In this document: positions 9,862-19,177 of the stretch, in pieces
How the letters are laid out: each line of letters starts with the position of its first letter
Numbering within the stretch: the stretch's first letter is position 1
Sequence record: PP856017.1
Reading direction: 5' to 3' (one strand)
Length of the DNA stretch: 64,000 nt
Made by a program: the position numbers and the translations under genes
Notes under the pieces: model-generated
The model's input: only the letters and a program-made list of their open reading frames with translations
Database searches by the model: none
Told to the model about the DNA's origin: nothing

Positions 9862-10983
9862 ATGAGCGACGTTAACACCACTCCCGTCTCCCATGTTTTC
9901 GATGAGACCGGTACTCTTGCCGAAAACTACATCGAAAACGAACAACGAGATCTCGCGCAGCGCAATGTTCGCGCAGCGTGTACGCGATACGGTAGCTTCT
10001 TTATCGAATCGTTCAAGATCCGGGATGCCAACGGCAACCCGCTTCAACCTTCTCAATACCAGTTCGGTTTGTTTAACGAACTGATCACTGAAAAGACTGG
10101 TAAGGAAATCGCCGCGGCGGTGATCATTACTGACCCGACGGTGATTTCGCCTGTCTTCATGGACTACCAATGTGTCGGTGGTCCGTGGGGTGCAACCAAT
10201 GAGCAGATCATCGATCTGTTCACTGCACTCATGACGGACGATCGTCCTGTTAGCTGGCCGAACATTCTGGGTAAACCGGATGGCTTCAAGCCTGCTCACC
10301 ACTTGCAGGACATCGGCGACCTGTACGGTGCTGAATACTTCGTGGCAGCTCTGGACCGTTTGGCGAATGCGTATCTCATGGGCGACAATGCGTCGCACGA
10401 TGAAATTCTTCGACAGATCGACCAGTTGCGCTCGGACATGAATCAGGGTCTCACAGACCTGAGTAACAGTTTGAAAGCATACGCTGACGCAGGTGACGCA
10501 CGCGTCCAGGCGAACGTTGACAACGAAGCGCAAATCCGCGCTCAGGCCGACACGACGTTGCAAGGCAACATCGACCAGGAAGCCACGACACGCGGCAATG
10601 CGGATACGACGCTACAGAACAACATCACTGCCGCGATTACGCATGCGGATAACGGCGATGCTGCTCTTCAGCAGAACATCACTGCAGAAGCAACTGCGCG
10701 TCAGAATGCAGATACCGCACTGCAAGGAAGCATCACCGCAGTGAACAATGCGCTCACGGCTCACGTGAATGCACAGGGCAACGTGCACAATCTGACGCCG
10801 GCCGAACTGGGTGTCTATACGACTGCTCAGGTGGATTCACTGATCGCAGGCATCAACAACAACCTCGGCAACTACGTCAAGAAGAATGCCGCGGAAGATC
10901 TGTCACTCACCAACAGTGGCGGCAATCTCTACGCCTACATCAGCGGCGGTTGGCGCCTGGTGTGGCCGCCTCAATGGCAGTGA
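9862..10983 (+). CDS. tail fibre/virion protein, paralogous N-terminus to 7778-9850
   Basis: FDETG..ENYIENE N-terminus; EA..R..AD..LQ coiled-coil repeats; HVNAQGNVH; C-terminal GGWRLVW. Confidence 0.7.
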   Translation: MSDVNTTPVSHVFDETGTLAENYIENEQRDLAQRNVRAACTRYGSFFIESFKIRDANGNPLQPSQYQFGLFNELITEKTGKEIAAAVIITDPTVISPVFMDYQCVGGPWGATNEQIIDLFTALMTDDRPVSWPNILGKPDGFKPAHHLQDIGDLYGAEYFVAALDRLANAYLMGDNASHDEILRQIDQLRSDMNQGLTDLSNSLKAYADAGDARVQANVDNEAQIRAQADTTLQGNIDQEATTRGNADTTLQNNITAAITHADNGDAALQQNITAEATARQNADTALQGSITAVNNALTAHVNAQGNVHNLTPAELGVYTTAQVDSLIAGINNNLGNYVKKNAAEDLSLTNSGGNLYAYISGGWRLVWPPQWQ

Positions 10984-11056
10984 CGTTTTAGTTAACACAT
11001 TTAAATAAAAAGAGATAGCTCGGGAAGATATGGTGACACCATATACGGAGGTTTAC

Positions 11057-11593
11057 ATGAAACGACAAGTTCACCAATCGGTCGAATGGAATCGGATCAT
11101 TCCCAACAGCATTACGGAAGAGGATCTCCTTCTTCCCGAGCTTCTCACTCACGATCACCTGTATCAACAAGGTCTCGTATTCACAATCGACATCGAAGGC
11201 CGAGATCATCGTGAGCAGTGCTATCAAGCCTGGTTGCGTAACCGGTTCGGTCGTACGACCAAGATCGAAGGCATCGAGCGTCTGAACAAGAAGCTCTGGG
11301 ACTTCTGCAACACCATTGTGAATGGACCTATGCGTAGCAGCAGTCCGTTCTCATGCCATCTGTTTTGGGCAAATGAAGACGACCCCAGCTTTCCGGATCA
11401 CACCGATCCGGACGGCGTATTCCTCTATGTCGTCAAAGGCCGGAAAACGATGGTTGTCGACGGTACGATCTATAATCTCGAAAAAGATCAAACCCTCTAC
11501 ATCCCACCGGGCACAAAGCACCACGCAGTGAATTACAACGCGTCGGTGATGCTGAGCATCGGTTTCGATAACTTCCTGGTGGAGAAATTTTAA
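11057..11593 (+). CDS. JmjC/cupin 2OG-Fe(II) oxygenase (ROXA/ycfD-like)
   Basis: GGAGG RBS before ATG 11057; FPDHTDPDGVFLYVVKGRK (HxD) and LYIPPGTKHHA (distal His). Confidence 0.75.
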   Translation: MKRQVHQSVEWNRIIPNSITEEDLLLPELLTHDHLYQQGLVFTIDIEGRDHREQCYQAWLRNRFGRTTKIEGIERLNKKLWDFCNTIVNGPMRSSSPFSCHLFWANEDDPSFPDHTDPDGVFLYVVKGRKTMVVDGTIYNLEKDQTLYIPPGTKHHAVNYNASVMLSIGFDNFLVEKF

Positions 11594-11594
11594 A

Positions 11595-12659
11595 ATGCAT
11601 CGCACGGTATACATCAAAACAACGGAAGCGTGCAACCTGAACTGCAAACACTGCTTTACGGGGGGCAATAGTCCGAAGCGTGATTTCCTCGACGTGGAAA
11701 GAACAGTCGACTGGGTTCGACGCCTCTTTGAACACATCGATGTCAAGGATCACGTTCACTTCGAACTCCACGGTGGTGAACCGTTCCTCCTGCCGGTTAA
11801 GCAGTTGAAGGAACTCACTGCTGGCATCCGTACCTGGGGTCCAGTCAAGCATTCGATCGGCGCAACCACGAATCTGGTTTACAAGTTGACGGACGAACTG
11901 CTCTGGTTTATCCGCAACGATCTGGAAAGTATCGGGACGTCCTGGGATCCAGGTATCCGTTTTGCCAACGCCAAGCAGGAAAACCTGTGGACCGACAACA
12001 TGAAACGTGTTGTCGACGTAGCTGATGTCACGCTGAACGTCAGCGTCTCACGTAAGCTCGTCGAGATGAATCCGCAGCAGCTTCTCATGTTTTTGCGCGA
12101 CACCGGCGCGTCGAAGGTTCAATTCGAACGCATCACGCAAAATGGCAACGCCCTGAAGAACACGAATCTCTTTCCCACGAATGCAGAGATCAACGACTGG
12201 TACCTGCGACTGCATAACGCTTCCGAAAAGCTCAATGCGCGTGAATGGTTCTACAACGCAGCACTGGAAGACGTGTATGCAAAATTCGAAAAAGGCAATG
12301 CTTGCTCTGGCACGTTCTGTCGGGATTGCGAAGAAAGCATCTTTACGCTCAACGCAGACGGCAGCATTGGCGGTTGCGCCAATTCGGCGCCGGAGGAATC
12401 TTTTGGACACATCGATGATGACATCGGTGAACTATTCGCCTCCCCAGGACGACTCGATAGCATTGTTAAAGAGCGCGTGCGCAACGAGCAGTGTTATGTT
12501 TGCCCTGTGGCCGCTTATTGCGGTGGTGATTGCCACCGACTGGCTTGGGAAGGCGATGTGTGTGCGGCACCACGGCAGCTGATGAAGAAGCTCGCCGGGA
12601 TTCCGTTGGACGACGCCGTCCTCAACACGAAACGAATTATTCCCATCATGCAGGTATAA
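11595..12659 (+). CDS. radical SAM/SPASM peptide-maturase-type enzyme (rSAM-1)
   Basis: TEACNLNCKHC; FELHGGEP; SPASM-like C..FCRDC..ADGSIGGC and CYVCPVAAYCGGDC. Confidence 0.92.
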   Translation: MHRTVYIKTTEACNLNCKHCFTGGNSPKRDFLDVERTVDWVRRLFEHIDVKDHVHFELHGGEPFLLPVKQLKELTAGIRTWGPVKHSIGATTNLVYKLTDELLWFIRNDLESIGTSWDPGIRFANAKQENLWTDNMKRVVDVADVTLNVSVSRKLVEMNPQQLLMFLRDTGASKVQFERITQNGNALKNTNLFPTNAEINDWYLRLHNASEKLNAREWFYNAALEDVYAKFEKGNACSGTFCRDCEESIFTLNADGSIGGCANSAPEESFGHIDDDIGELFASPGRLDSIVKERVRNEQCYVCPVAAYCGGDCHRLAWEGDVCAAPRQLMKKLAGIPLDDAVLNTKRIIPIMQV

Positions 12660-12665
12660 GGAACT

Positions 12666-13226
12666 ATGAGTACATACCGTACAGACGTCGACGCCGTTGC
12701 CCAGGCGTACGTGCGTAACCAGGTGAACGGGTCCATTAACCCGTATCGTTCGGATTGGGCTCCGGGCTATACCAACACCGGTCTGCTGGGCACGATCTCT
12801 CAGGATCCGTCACAAGCCCATCCGTCAGCTGATGGTCATCTCGCTACCGCCGGTAACACGATGGTAACCAACCAGGTTCGTCAAGCAATGATCGACCTGG
12901 GCAATTACTACGGCTGGATCGCCAAGGGCCATTACGGTCTGCAATCGACCGATCAGAGCGGCAACGCTTACATGCAATACGAAGGTTACGGCTACTTCGT
13001 GTTCAATGGCGCGGCACCTGGTGCTCAGGATCATGCGAACCGTGTGGCCTCGGATCTGAACACAGCCGGTACGATGAACGGTACGATCCAGTACGCCCAG
13101 CTGACGAACTTCTACAACTTCGCGTGGAACATCATCTGGAGCCGTAAGGACGACCTGCAAGTCGAACTGACGGTCTGCCATTCGTCGTGCCACACTTCGT
13201 GCCACGGCTCGCGCGGTCGTCGTTAA
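12666..13226 (+). CDS. candidate modification substrate with C-terminal (CHxS)3-RGRR motif
   Basis: 186 aa, AGGA RBS; ends CHSSCHTSCHGSRGRR; no other Cys in the protein; directly after rSAM-1. Confidence 0.7.
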   Translation: MSTYRTDVDAVAQAYVRNQVNGSINPYRSDWAPGYTNTGLLGTISQDPSQAHPSADGHLATAGNTMVTNQVRQAMIDLGNYYGWIAKGHYGLQSTDQSGNAYMQYEGYGYFVFNGAAPGAQDHANRVASDLNTAGTMNGTIQYAQLTNFYNFAWNIIWSRKDDLQVELTVCHSSCHTSCHGSRGRR

Positions 13227-13236
13227 GGAGAAGACC

Positions 13237-14307
13237 ATGATCAATCTGTTCGACCGGGTTTATCTCCGTCACGACAATGTTCTCGCCCGCGGCGAGGGTC
13301 AGAAGAAACTGATCATCAGCCCGAAGGTGAAAGAAGTCGTCTACGTCACCGATACGCTGCAGCAGCAGCAAGCCGGCATTCTGGGTGCTTACGAGAGTCT
13401 CTCCGATGCATTCCATTATGCAGGTGATCAGAACGCTTTCTGGGCAGGCCTGGCTAACGCCAAAGCGAAAGTTATCATCATCGCTGATCGCGTGACCGTC
13501 GCGACCTTGCTGATCCAGTACTGGAAAGCGATCTTCAAGCAGACGACCGACGTCAGCCTCTTTCATCTCTACGAGGTGACGGTCAACAACGAAAGCCTGC
13601 ATACGCATCGTCCGACGGAAAAGCGTACGCATCTGTTCTCGCCCAACTCTACAGACGGCGAGATTCCGAAGCTCACGCTCGACGAATTCACGGCGATTTA
13701 CAACGCGGCTGAACCTGCCTGCCTTGACTACTCGTCGGAAACGGCACTGAAGTCTCTGCCCTTCGAATATTTGCTGATGTCGTATCTGGCAGATGCGAAG
13801 GACGAACCTGTCAAGCGAGTGCTCTTCCAGAAGGTCGACGCGATCATGCGATCGAACATCGTCGCCAAGCTGATCGGTGGTCGTGAAGAACTCATGTTCG
13901 AATCGCACAACTACTATCTGCTGGAGCCGGGCGAGCAGGAGCATCCGATCACCGATCCGATCGCTCACATGCGTGCCAGTGGTCATCTCGCGTGGGTCAT
14001 GGACGACGCATTCGTCTACGGTAACGAAGACGAGATCTTGAAGAAGTATTCGCTCGATCAGATCAAGTTCTTCTTCGAGCAGATCAAACGACTCGTCGTC
14101 GAAGACGATTCGATCTTCATGGCAGTCGACTGTGTGAAGAACAAGCGCTACGCGCGCTTGATCGAATACGACATCGCGGATCATCGCGGTAATTTCTTCG
14201 GCACGGGCGCGTTCGTGAACAAGATCAACGGTCTGTTGGTCTCGTATGCGTACCAACTCAAACGCCTGGGAATGGCCGGTGTGCTGGAACAGTATGAACT
14301 GAAGTAA
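13237..14307 (+). CDS. hypothetical protein (modification cluster)
   Basis: 356 aa, AGGAG RBS, core codon bias, no recognised motif. Confidence 0.6.
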   Translation: MINLFDRVYLRHDNVLARGEGQKKLIISPKVKEVVYVTDTLQQQQAGILGAYESLSDAFHYAGDQNAFWAGLANAKAKVIIIADRVTVATLLIQYWKAIFKQTTDVSLFHLYEVTVNNESLHTHRPTEKRTHLFSPNSTDGEIPKLTLDEFTAIYNAAEPACLDYSSETALKSLPFEYLLMSYLADAKDEPVKRVLFQKVDAIMRSNIVAKLIGGREELMFESHNYYLLEPGEQEHPITDPIAHMRASGHLAWVMDDAFVYGNEDEILKKYSLDQIKFFFEQIKRLVVEDDSIFMAVDCVKNKRYARLIEYDIADHRGNFFGTGAFVNKINGLLVSYAYQLKRLGMAGVLEQYELK

Positions 14308-14315
14308 ACGACTGC

Positions 14316-14353
14316 TACTCGGTTCCTTCGGGAGCCGGGTAGTATCTTTTTTT
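14316..14353 (+). terminator. intrinsic terminator
   Basis: TACTCGGTTCC-TTCG-GGAGCCGGGTA (G-U pairs) followed by a T-run. Confidence 0.75.
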
Positions 14354-14400
14354 CTATTGGTCACTATTCTTTTTTGACCTATCCCACTGAGGAAAACGAA

Positions 14401-15852
14401 ATGAGCGAAGAGAAGAAAGGCATCGAATTCGGCAAGGAATGGATTGGCGAACTGCCGCTTCAGAAACAGATGCGCGAAGATGCTGAACGGCTGCGCGGTG
14501 AACTTCACCCGGACGACGGCTATGTGCCGAAAGGCGAGATAGTCGAAATCCCGATCGCCAAGATCGTGTATTCGGAAAGCGTCGGCATCAGTCGCGGTGC
14601 CGACGGCGAAGTGCATGAACTCGGCGAAATGAAGAAGACGTACTTTCCGGCGTTGGGTAAACTCGTCGAACTGCCAGCCAAGAAGATGCCGGATGCAATT
14701 CCGCCCTGGGAAGAACTCCCCAATGAGGCGGCAAGCGACGACATGTCGGACGAAGGCCCTATCCAGTTCGAGCCTATCGAAAATGGACCGGCGCAAGTCG
14801 GATTGGGAGTGAAAGCATTTTGCGACGAACTGCTCAACGGCACTAAACTGGATGGTACCCCTGCTGTAAAGGTGACGTCGGAAGTTCAATCGCCTGAAGA
14901 AGCCGCGCAGGGCTATTCCTGGAAACTGAACATCGAAGTCAAGGACGGCAAAGTGGCCAATACCGAACCGGTTCCAGCAGAAAATGTCGGCGATGGTTGG
15001 GGTGCAGAAATCCCGCCTGAGCAACAAACACCTGAAGTCCAGACCGGCATTCCGGAAGACAAGCTGCGTGAAGTCACCGTGCCTTTCCCGGCCGACAAGA
15101 TCCGAGAGTACTTCGGCGACAAGTCCCTCTTCTTCATCGCGAACTACAGCGAATCGAAGTTGAAGGGCGGCGCGTTCCTCACCTATCTGTCGAACATCAA
15201 CATCCCGTCGGATGTGAAGTTCAATACGCCGATCGGCTACGAAGAGTACGCAGAGATCATGAAGGCGTACATGGAACAACCCGGCGTGGTGAGCGCCGCT
15301 GGCTTGCATGTGATGGCAGCTGAAATGCTGCTGGTGGCAAAGGGTCTGCCGTACGAACGTACGCCTTATGCTCTGCCGATCGACGAGAAGGTCATTCTCA
15401 TGTTCATCGAAGAACATCGGGATATGGTGCAGAAGTGGTTGCACTTCATCGACTCGACTCAGGTCTACGCACTGCGTTCGATCAAGGCGTTGAACGAGCA
15501 CTACAAACCGGAAGAACGTTTCCCGGTTGTGGAAGATCGCAGCTACGTGGGTTCGAACATCGCTCAGCTGTTCCGCATTCCGGAATTCATCGCTGTCTAT
15601 TTCTCGATCCCGAACGTAGATCATAAGCTGTCGTACTTCAAGGACCAGTTCGAAGAGTACATGTTCAAGAACGAGCGACTGGCGCATTACTTTGGATCGC
15701 AGAACAACTTCGCCGCGTTGTATTTCACGCACTTCGCGGCTGGTTCGTTCGAAGCCAAGCACATCGAGCATGGTCTCTTCCGTCTTGGTGTGTTCGATCC
15801 GGTTAGCCCGTACTACGAGGAAACTCCGTATGTCGCTAGCCTTCAAGTCTGA
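14401..15852 (+). CDS. hypothetical protein with acidic/Pro-rich N-terminal half (modification cluster)
   Basis: GAGG RBS before ATG 14401; E/P/G-rich first ~220 aa, aromatic-rich globular C-terminal half. Confidence 0.6.
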   Translation: MSEEKKGIEFGKEWIGELPLQKQMREDAERLRGELHPDDGYVPKGEIVEIPIAKIVYSESVGISRGADGEVHELGEMKKTYFPALGKLVELPAKKMPDAIPPWEELPNEAASDDMSDEGPIQFEPIENGPAQVGLGVKAFCDELLNGTKLDGTPAVKVTSEVQSPEEAAQGYSWKLNIEVKDGKVANTEPVPAENVGDGWGAEIPPEQQTPEVQTGIPEDKLREVTVPFPADKIREYFGDKSLFFIANYSESKLKGGAFLTYLSNINIPSDVKFNTPIGYEEYAEIMKAYMEQPGVVSAAGLHVMAAEMLLVAKGLPYERTPYALPIDEKVILMFIEEHRDMVQKWLHFIDSTQVYALRSIKALNEHYKPEERFPVVEDRSYVGSNIAQLFRIPEFIAVYFSIPNVDHKLSYFKDQFEEYMFKNERLAHYFGSQNNFAALYFTHFAAGSFEAKHIEHGLFRLGVFDPVSPYYEETPYVASLQV

Positions 15853-16930
15853 TTCGAACTCTTCGATGACGATTGATAAGGCATCCCAATACCACCTGAG
15901 CTTGAGCTTGGAGTGGTTAAAGGGATGCCAGTTCAACTGTAAAGGATGTCACGTCAACAAACAGATGGGACTTCCCTTTACAGGTGATGACTTGGCTAAC
16001 CTGAATAAGTGGGTGTCGAGTATGCGCGATAAGGGCAATTACTTGCCGACAATCGTGTTTCTCCAACCCACTGACTTCCTGACGGCCGAGAACACACTCT
16101 CCATCCTGAAGAGTCCGTTTGCCTATTCCGTGTTGTCTGTGTTCAAGAGACTGTCGTTGCAGACGACTTTCCTGAACATGGAACATGCGGCTGAAATCGC
16201 ATCCGTGTTGAAAGCGCGTTTCTTTCACATGGAGCTTGAGCTTAACTTCATCATTGAGCCTGAGAAAGTAAACAACGAAAAGTATCTCGAAACGATTCGC
16301 GCTAACCGCGCAAAGTTTATCGAGATGCTGGATTGGAAGAAGCACATTGCATCCTTCGCCATCATGAACGTCTATGAGTACGATCAGGTGAAGAAGAACG
16401 ATGTGAAGAAGATCCTGGCTGATTACCAGGCACTTCATGAGAAGATCAAGGATAAGTTTAACTCTACGATCGACTTTAACTTCTCTATGACCCGCAATCC
16501 GTGGTGGAGTAACGAAGACGTAGCAGATGCAGTACGTGGAGTTAGTCGTATCTTCGACGGAGGCGTGGACAACGTTTTTAACCAGACCATCCGATTCTCA
16601 TTCGGTAAGCTGGAAGACTCATCGATCGAAAAGCATTACAACTGGCATCAGGGACACTTGTATGTGTCGCCCATGATTTACGAACGTATCGCTTCGTTTC
16701 ATCCGAAGCTTCGGATTCCTCATGTGTTGTATTCCGTGCTGGAAACCGAAGACTATGAACGCCGGTTGTTGATTGATCAGTACGACAACTCCGAAACCAA
16801 AACCGAGTGCAATTCGTGTCGATATCAAGCCTCTTGCATCGATCGCAATGTCCTGACGTTTATGGACATGCACGAGATCAAGGACTGCATCATCGCTCGC
16901 AAAGCTCTCGATGCCATTAACGTCATCTGA
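15830..16930 (+). CDS. divergent radical SAM protein (rSAM-2)
   Basis: GAGGA RBS before ATG 15830; GCQFNCKGC; C-terminal CNSCRYQASC...C; GGE motif not evident. Confidence 0.7.
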   Translation: MSLAFKSDSNSSMTIDKASQYHLSLSLEWLKGCQFNCKGCHVNKQMGLPFTGDDLANLNKWVSSMRDKGNYLPTIVFLQPTDFLTAENTLSILKSPFAYSVLSVFKRLSLQTTFLNMEHAAEIASVLKARFFHMELELNFIIEPEKVNNEKYLETIRANRAKFIEMLDWKKHIASFAIMNVYEYDQVKKNDVKKILADYQALHEKIKDKFNSTIDFNFSMTRNPWWSNEDVADAVRGVSRIFDGGVDNVFNQTIRFSFGKLEDSSIEKHYNWHQGHLYVSPMIYERIASFHPKLRIPHVLYSVLETEDYERRLLIDQYDNSETKTECNSCRYQASCIDRNVLTFMDMHEIKDCIIARKALDAINVI

Positions 16931-16934
16931 GACG

Positions 16935-16964
16935 CATATGGACTGGCCGCGGCCAGTCCATATG
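16935..16964. repeat. perfect 30-bp palindrome
   Basis: CATATGGACTGGCCGCGGCCAGTCCATATG is its own reverse complement; intergenic. Confidence 0.85.
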
Positions 16965-16980
16965 TACATGTGAGGAATGT

Positions 16981-18003
16981 ATGAACGACAACCAACTTCT
17001 GATTGAAATGCTCGGCAACAAAGTGCCGGAGTCTAGTGAGATCGAACACCATCTCTTTGAGTTCTGTAACCTGAACTGCAGCTTCTGCGGTCAGGACCAT
17101 GACTCGAAGGTTGGTATGGAATCGATCATGGAAAAAGCCCACAAGACCGTGGACTTCATTTTCCACTCGAAGCTGAAGAAACACACCATCAACGTGATGG
17201 GTGGGGAGATCTTCAACGACAAGGTGGAGACGAACGTCTTCATGGACTACTACAAGTTCTACGAGATAATCCGTAAGACTTGTCAGGATCTGGGTGTGGA
17301 ATTCCAGATTAACTGGGTGACGAATCTGATCTTCACGGAAAACCGTGAAATGGTGGATTGGTTGCTTGAGAAGACTCAGGAGCATGCCAAGATCTCGACG
17401 TCGTACGACTTCGCAGGTCGTGGGCTGGACATCAACAAGCATCTGGTCTTCACCCGCAATCTGGAACGCTACAAGAAATACATCGGCGTGGTGGGTTTCG
17501 TTCTCACCAAGCCGGCAATCCGGAAGTTGCTTAACAGCAAGGATATGTTTTTCATCAAGACCCTCTATCCGAACTTCCCGCTTTACTTCGACTGGTACGT
17601 ACCGGAAAAAGCCGCACACAAAATGATGCCGTCGGAGCAAGAGATGCTCGATGCACTCCTTTACGTGGCGGAACACTATCCACAGATCGAACCAGTTAAG
17701 TCCATGCTGGAGAACACGCACAATAAAATGACGTGCTTCAGCTTAAACAAAACGACTGTCCAACCCGATGGGTCGGAAGTCACTTGTCGCTACCTCGAAT
17801 ACGACAAAGAAAATTTTATCAATGACGTTGATTATTCGAGCAACGCAAACATTATTCAATCGCATCTTGATCGCAACGAATGCTTTACGTGTCCTCACTT
17901 TGACCGCTGTCAATTTCGGTGTTTTGTCCAAGCTGACTGGGCAGAACTCGAACGACTCCCAACCTGTTTCCTCCGAACCTTCTTCGACCGAACTGCATCA
18001 TGA
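16981..18003 (+). CDS. radical SAM/SPASM-like enzyme (rSAM-3)
   Basis: FCNLNCSFC; NVMGGEIF; C....QPDGSEVTC and CFTCPHFDRCQFRC. Confidence 0.85.
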   Translation: MNDNQLLIEMLGNKVPESSEIEHHLFEFCNLNCSFCGQDHDSKVGMESIMEKAHKTVDFIFHSKLKKHTINVMGGEIFNDKVETNVFMDYYKFYEIIRKTCQDLGVEFQINWVTNLIFTENREMVDWLLEKTQEHAKISTSYDFAGRGLDINKHLVFTRNLERYKKYIGVVGFVLTKPAIRKLLNSKDMFFIKTLYPNFPLYFDWYVPEKAAHKMMPSEQEMLDALLYVAEHYPQIEPVKSMLENTHNKMTCFSLNKTTVQPDGSEVTCRYLEYDKENFINDVDYSSNANIIQSHLDRNECFTCPHFDRCQFRCFVQADWAELERLPTCFLRTFFDRTAS

Positions 18004-18524
18004 AACTCATTCTTATCGCAGCTGAAGCAGCAAACAAGGTGATCGGCAATGACGGCAAAATGCCATGGCACATTCCCGAAGACCTCCAGATGTTCAAAGA
18101 CGCTACTGTCGGCTCGGCTGTGATCATGGGTCGCAAGACCTGGGAATCCATCGGCAGCAAGGCTTTGCCTGCACGCACGAATGTTGTCGTATCGAAGACT
18201 CTGGGTCCTCTCGATCACGCTCATTCGGTCCGCAGCTTCAAGACCGCAGTCAAGAGTCTGATTGCAGCCGAATACGAAACCGCCTTTGTGATCGGCGGCG
18301 AAACGCTTTATCGTGCAGCCATGCCGTGGGCTTCGCGCATCATTCTCACGAAGCTCTACAAGTCATACGAAGGCGACGCTCATTTCCCGGACATCAATCC
18401 GCTGGAATGGGTAGAGTTCTCGAAGAACGACTACATTCACGCTTCCCAGCCGTTTACGGTCCACCGTTATGCGGCTGTCAACCAACCCGATGTCGCCAAA
18501 TGGGTCGACCTCATTAAGGATTAA
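18000..18524 (+). CDS. folA: dihydrofolate reductase
   Basis: IGNDGKMPWHIPEDLQMFK, VIMGRKTWES, LPARTNVVVS, VIGGETLY, EGDAHFP. Confidence 0.95.
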   Translation: MKLILIAAEAANKVIGNDGKMPWHIPEDLQMFKDATVGSAVIMGRKTWESIGSKALPARTNVVVSKTLGPLDHAHSVRSFKTAVKSLIAAEYETAFVIGGETLYRAAMPWASRIILTKLYKSYEGDAHFPDINPLEWVEFSKNDYIHASQPFTVHRYAAVNQPDVAKWVDLIKD

Positions 18525-18526
18525 AA

Positions 18527-19177
18527 ATGGATATCACCGCAATCGTTCTGATGGGTCATCATCGCACCATCGGCCAGACCGACCAGAAGCCTCCTTTCGT
18601 CGCCGAACATGCCCGCCTGGTTAAGGCGTATACCGAAGGCAAGCCGGTCCTGATGGGACGAAAGACCTTCGAACTGATGGGCGGCGGTATCGACGGCAGT
18701 ATGACGTACGTACTTACCCAGAATCCGGAATGGAGGGCAGAAGGTGCCATTCCGGTTCTCGACTTCGCAGCTTTCATCAAGGAAGCATTTCACGATGGCA
18801 TCTTCGATGAAGTAGTGATCTTCGGCGGCGCTCAGACCTTCGCTGAAGCCTGGCCGTGGTGTAACAAGCTGGTCATGACGAAGTTTCCTGAAGCAATACC
18901 GGGATACAAGAAGTTCCCGCTCTTCCCGTCTCACTGGACTCCAGGCTACATCGATAATCATTATCAGTGTGGCGAACACGAAGTCCAGCAGCTGTCGTAT
19001 CGGCGAGATGACTTCTACCCGTTCCCGTCGGAAACTCCCGAAGAAAAAGCGATTGTCTTCGCAATTAACTTTGCAAGACAATATCGTAATCGTCAGCCGC
19101 TTCACACCGGCGTTCCTTACGTGCGAAATTATGTCAAGTCATCCGAGTCTGATCATCAAGCCGACGGAAGCGTGTAA
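18527..19177 (+). CDS. DHFR-fold paralogue with altered active site and C-terminal extension
   Basis: retains VLMGRKTFE and IFGGAQTF; PWxxPED loop replaced by PPFVAEH. Confidence 0.75.
   Translation: MDITAIVLMGHHRTIGQTDQKPPFVAEHARLVKAYTEGKPVLMGRKTFELMGGGIDGSMTYVLTQNPEWRAEGAIPVLDFAAFIKEAFHDGIFDEVVIFGGAQTFAEAWPWCNKLVMTKFPEAIPGYKKFPLFPSHWTPGYIDNHYQCGEHEVQQLSYRRDDFYPFPSETPEEKAIVFAINFARQYRNRQPLHTGVPYVRNYVKSSESDHQADGSV

Noticed and set aside
13132-15936. 934-aa antisense ORF across two cluster genes
   Set aside because: Mirrors two same-frame plus-strand genes with strong third-position C/G bias, which depletes antisense stops; the translation has no motifs or RBS
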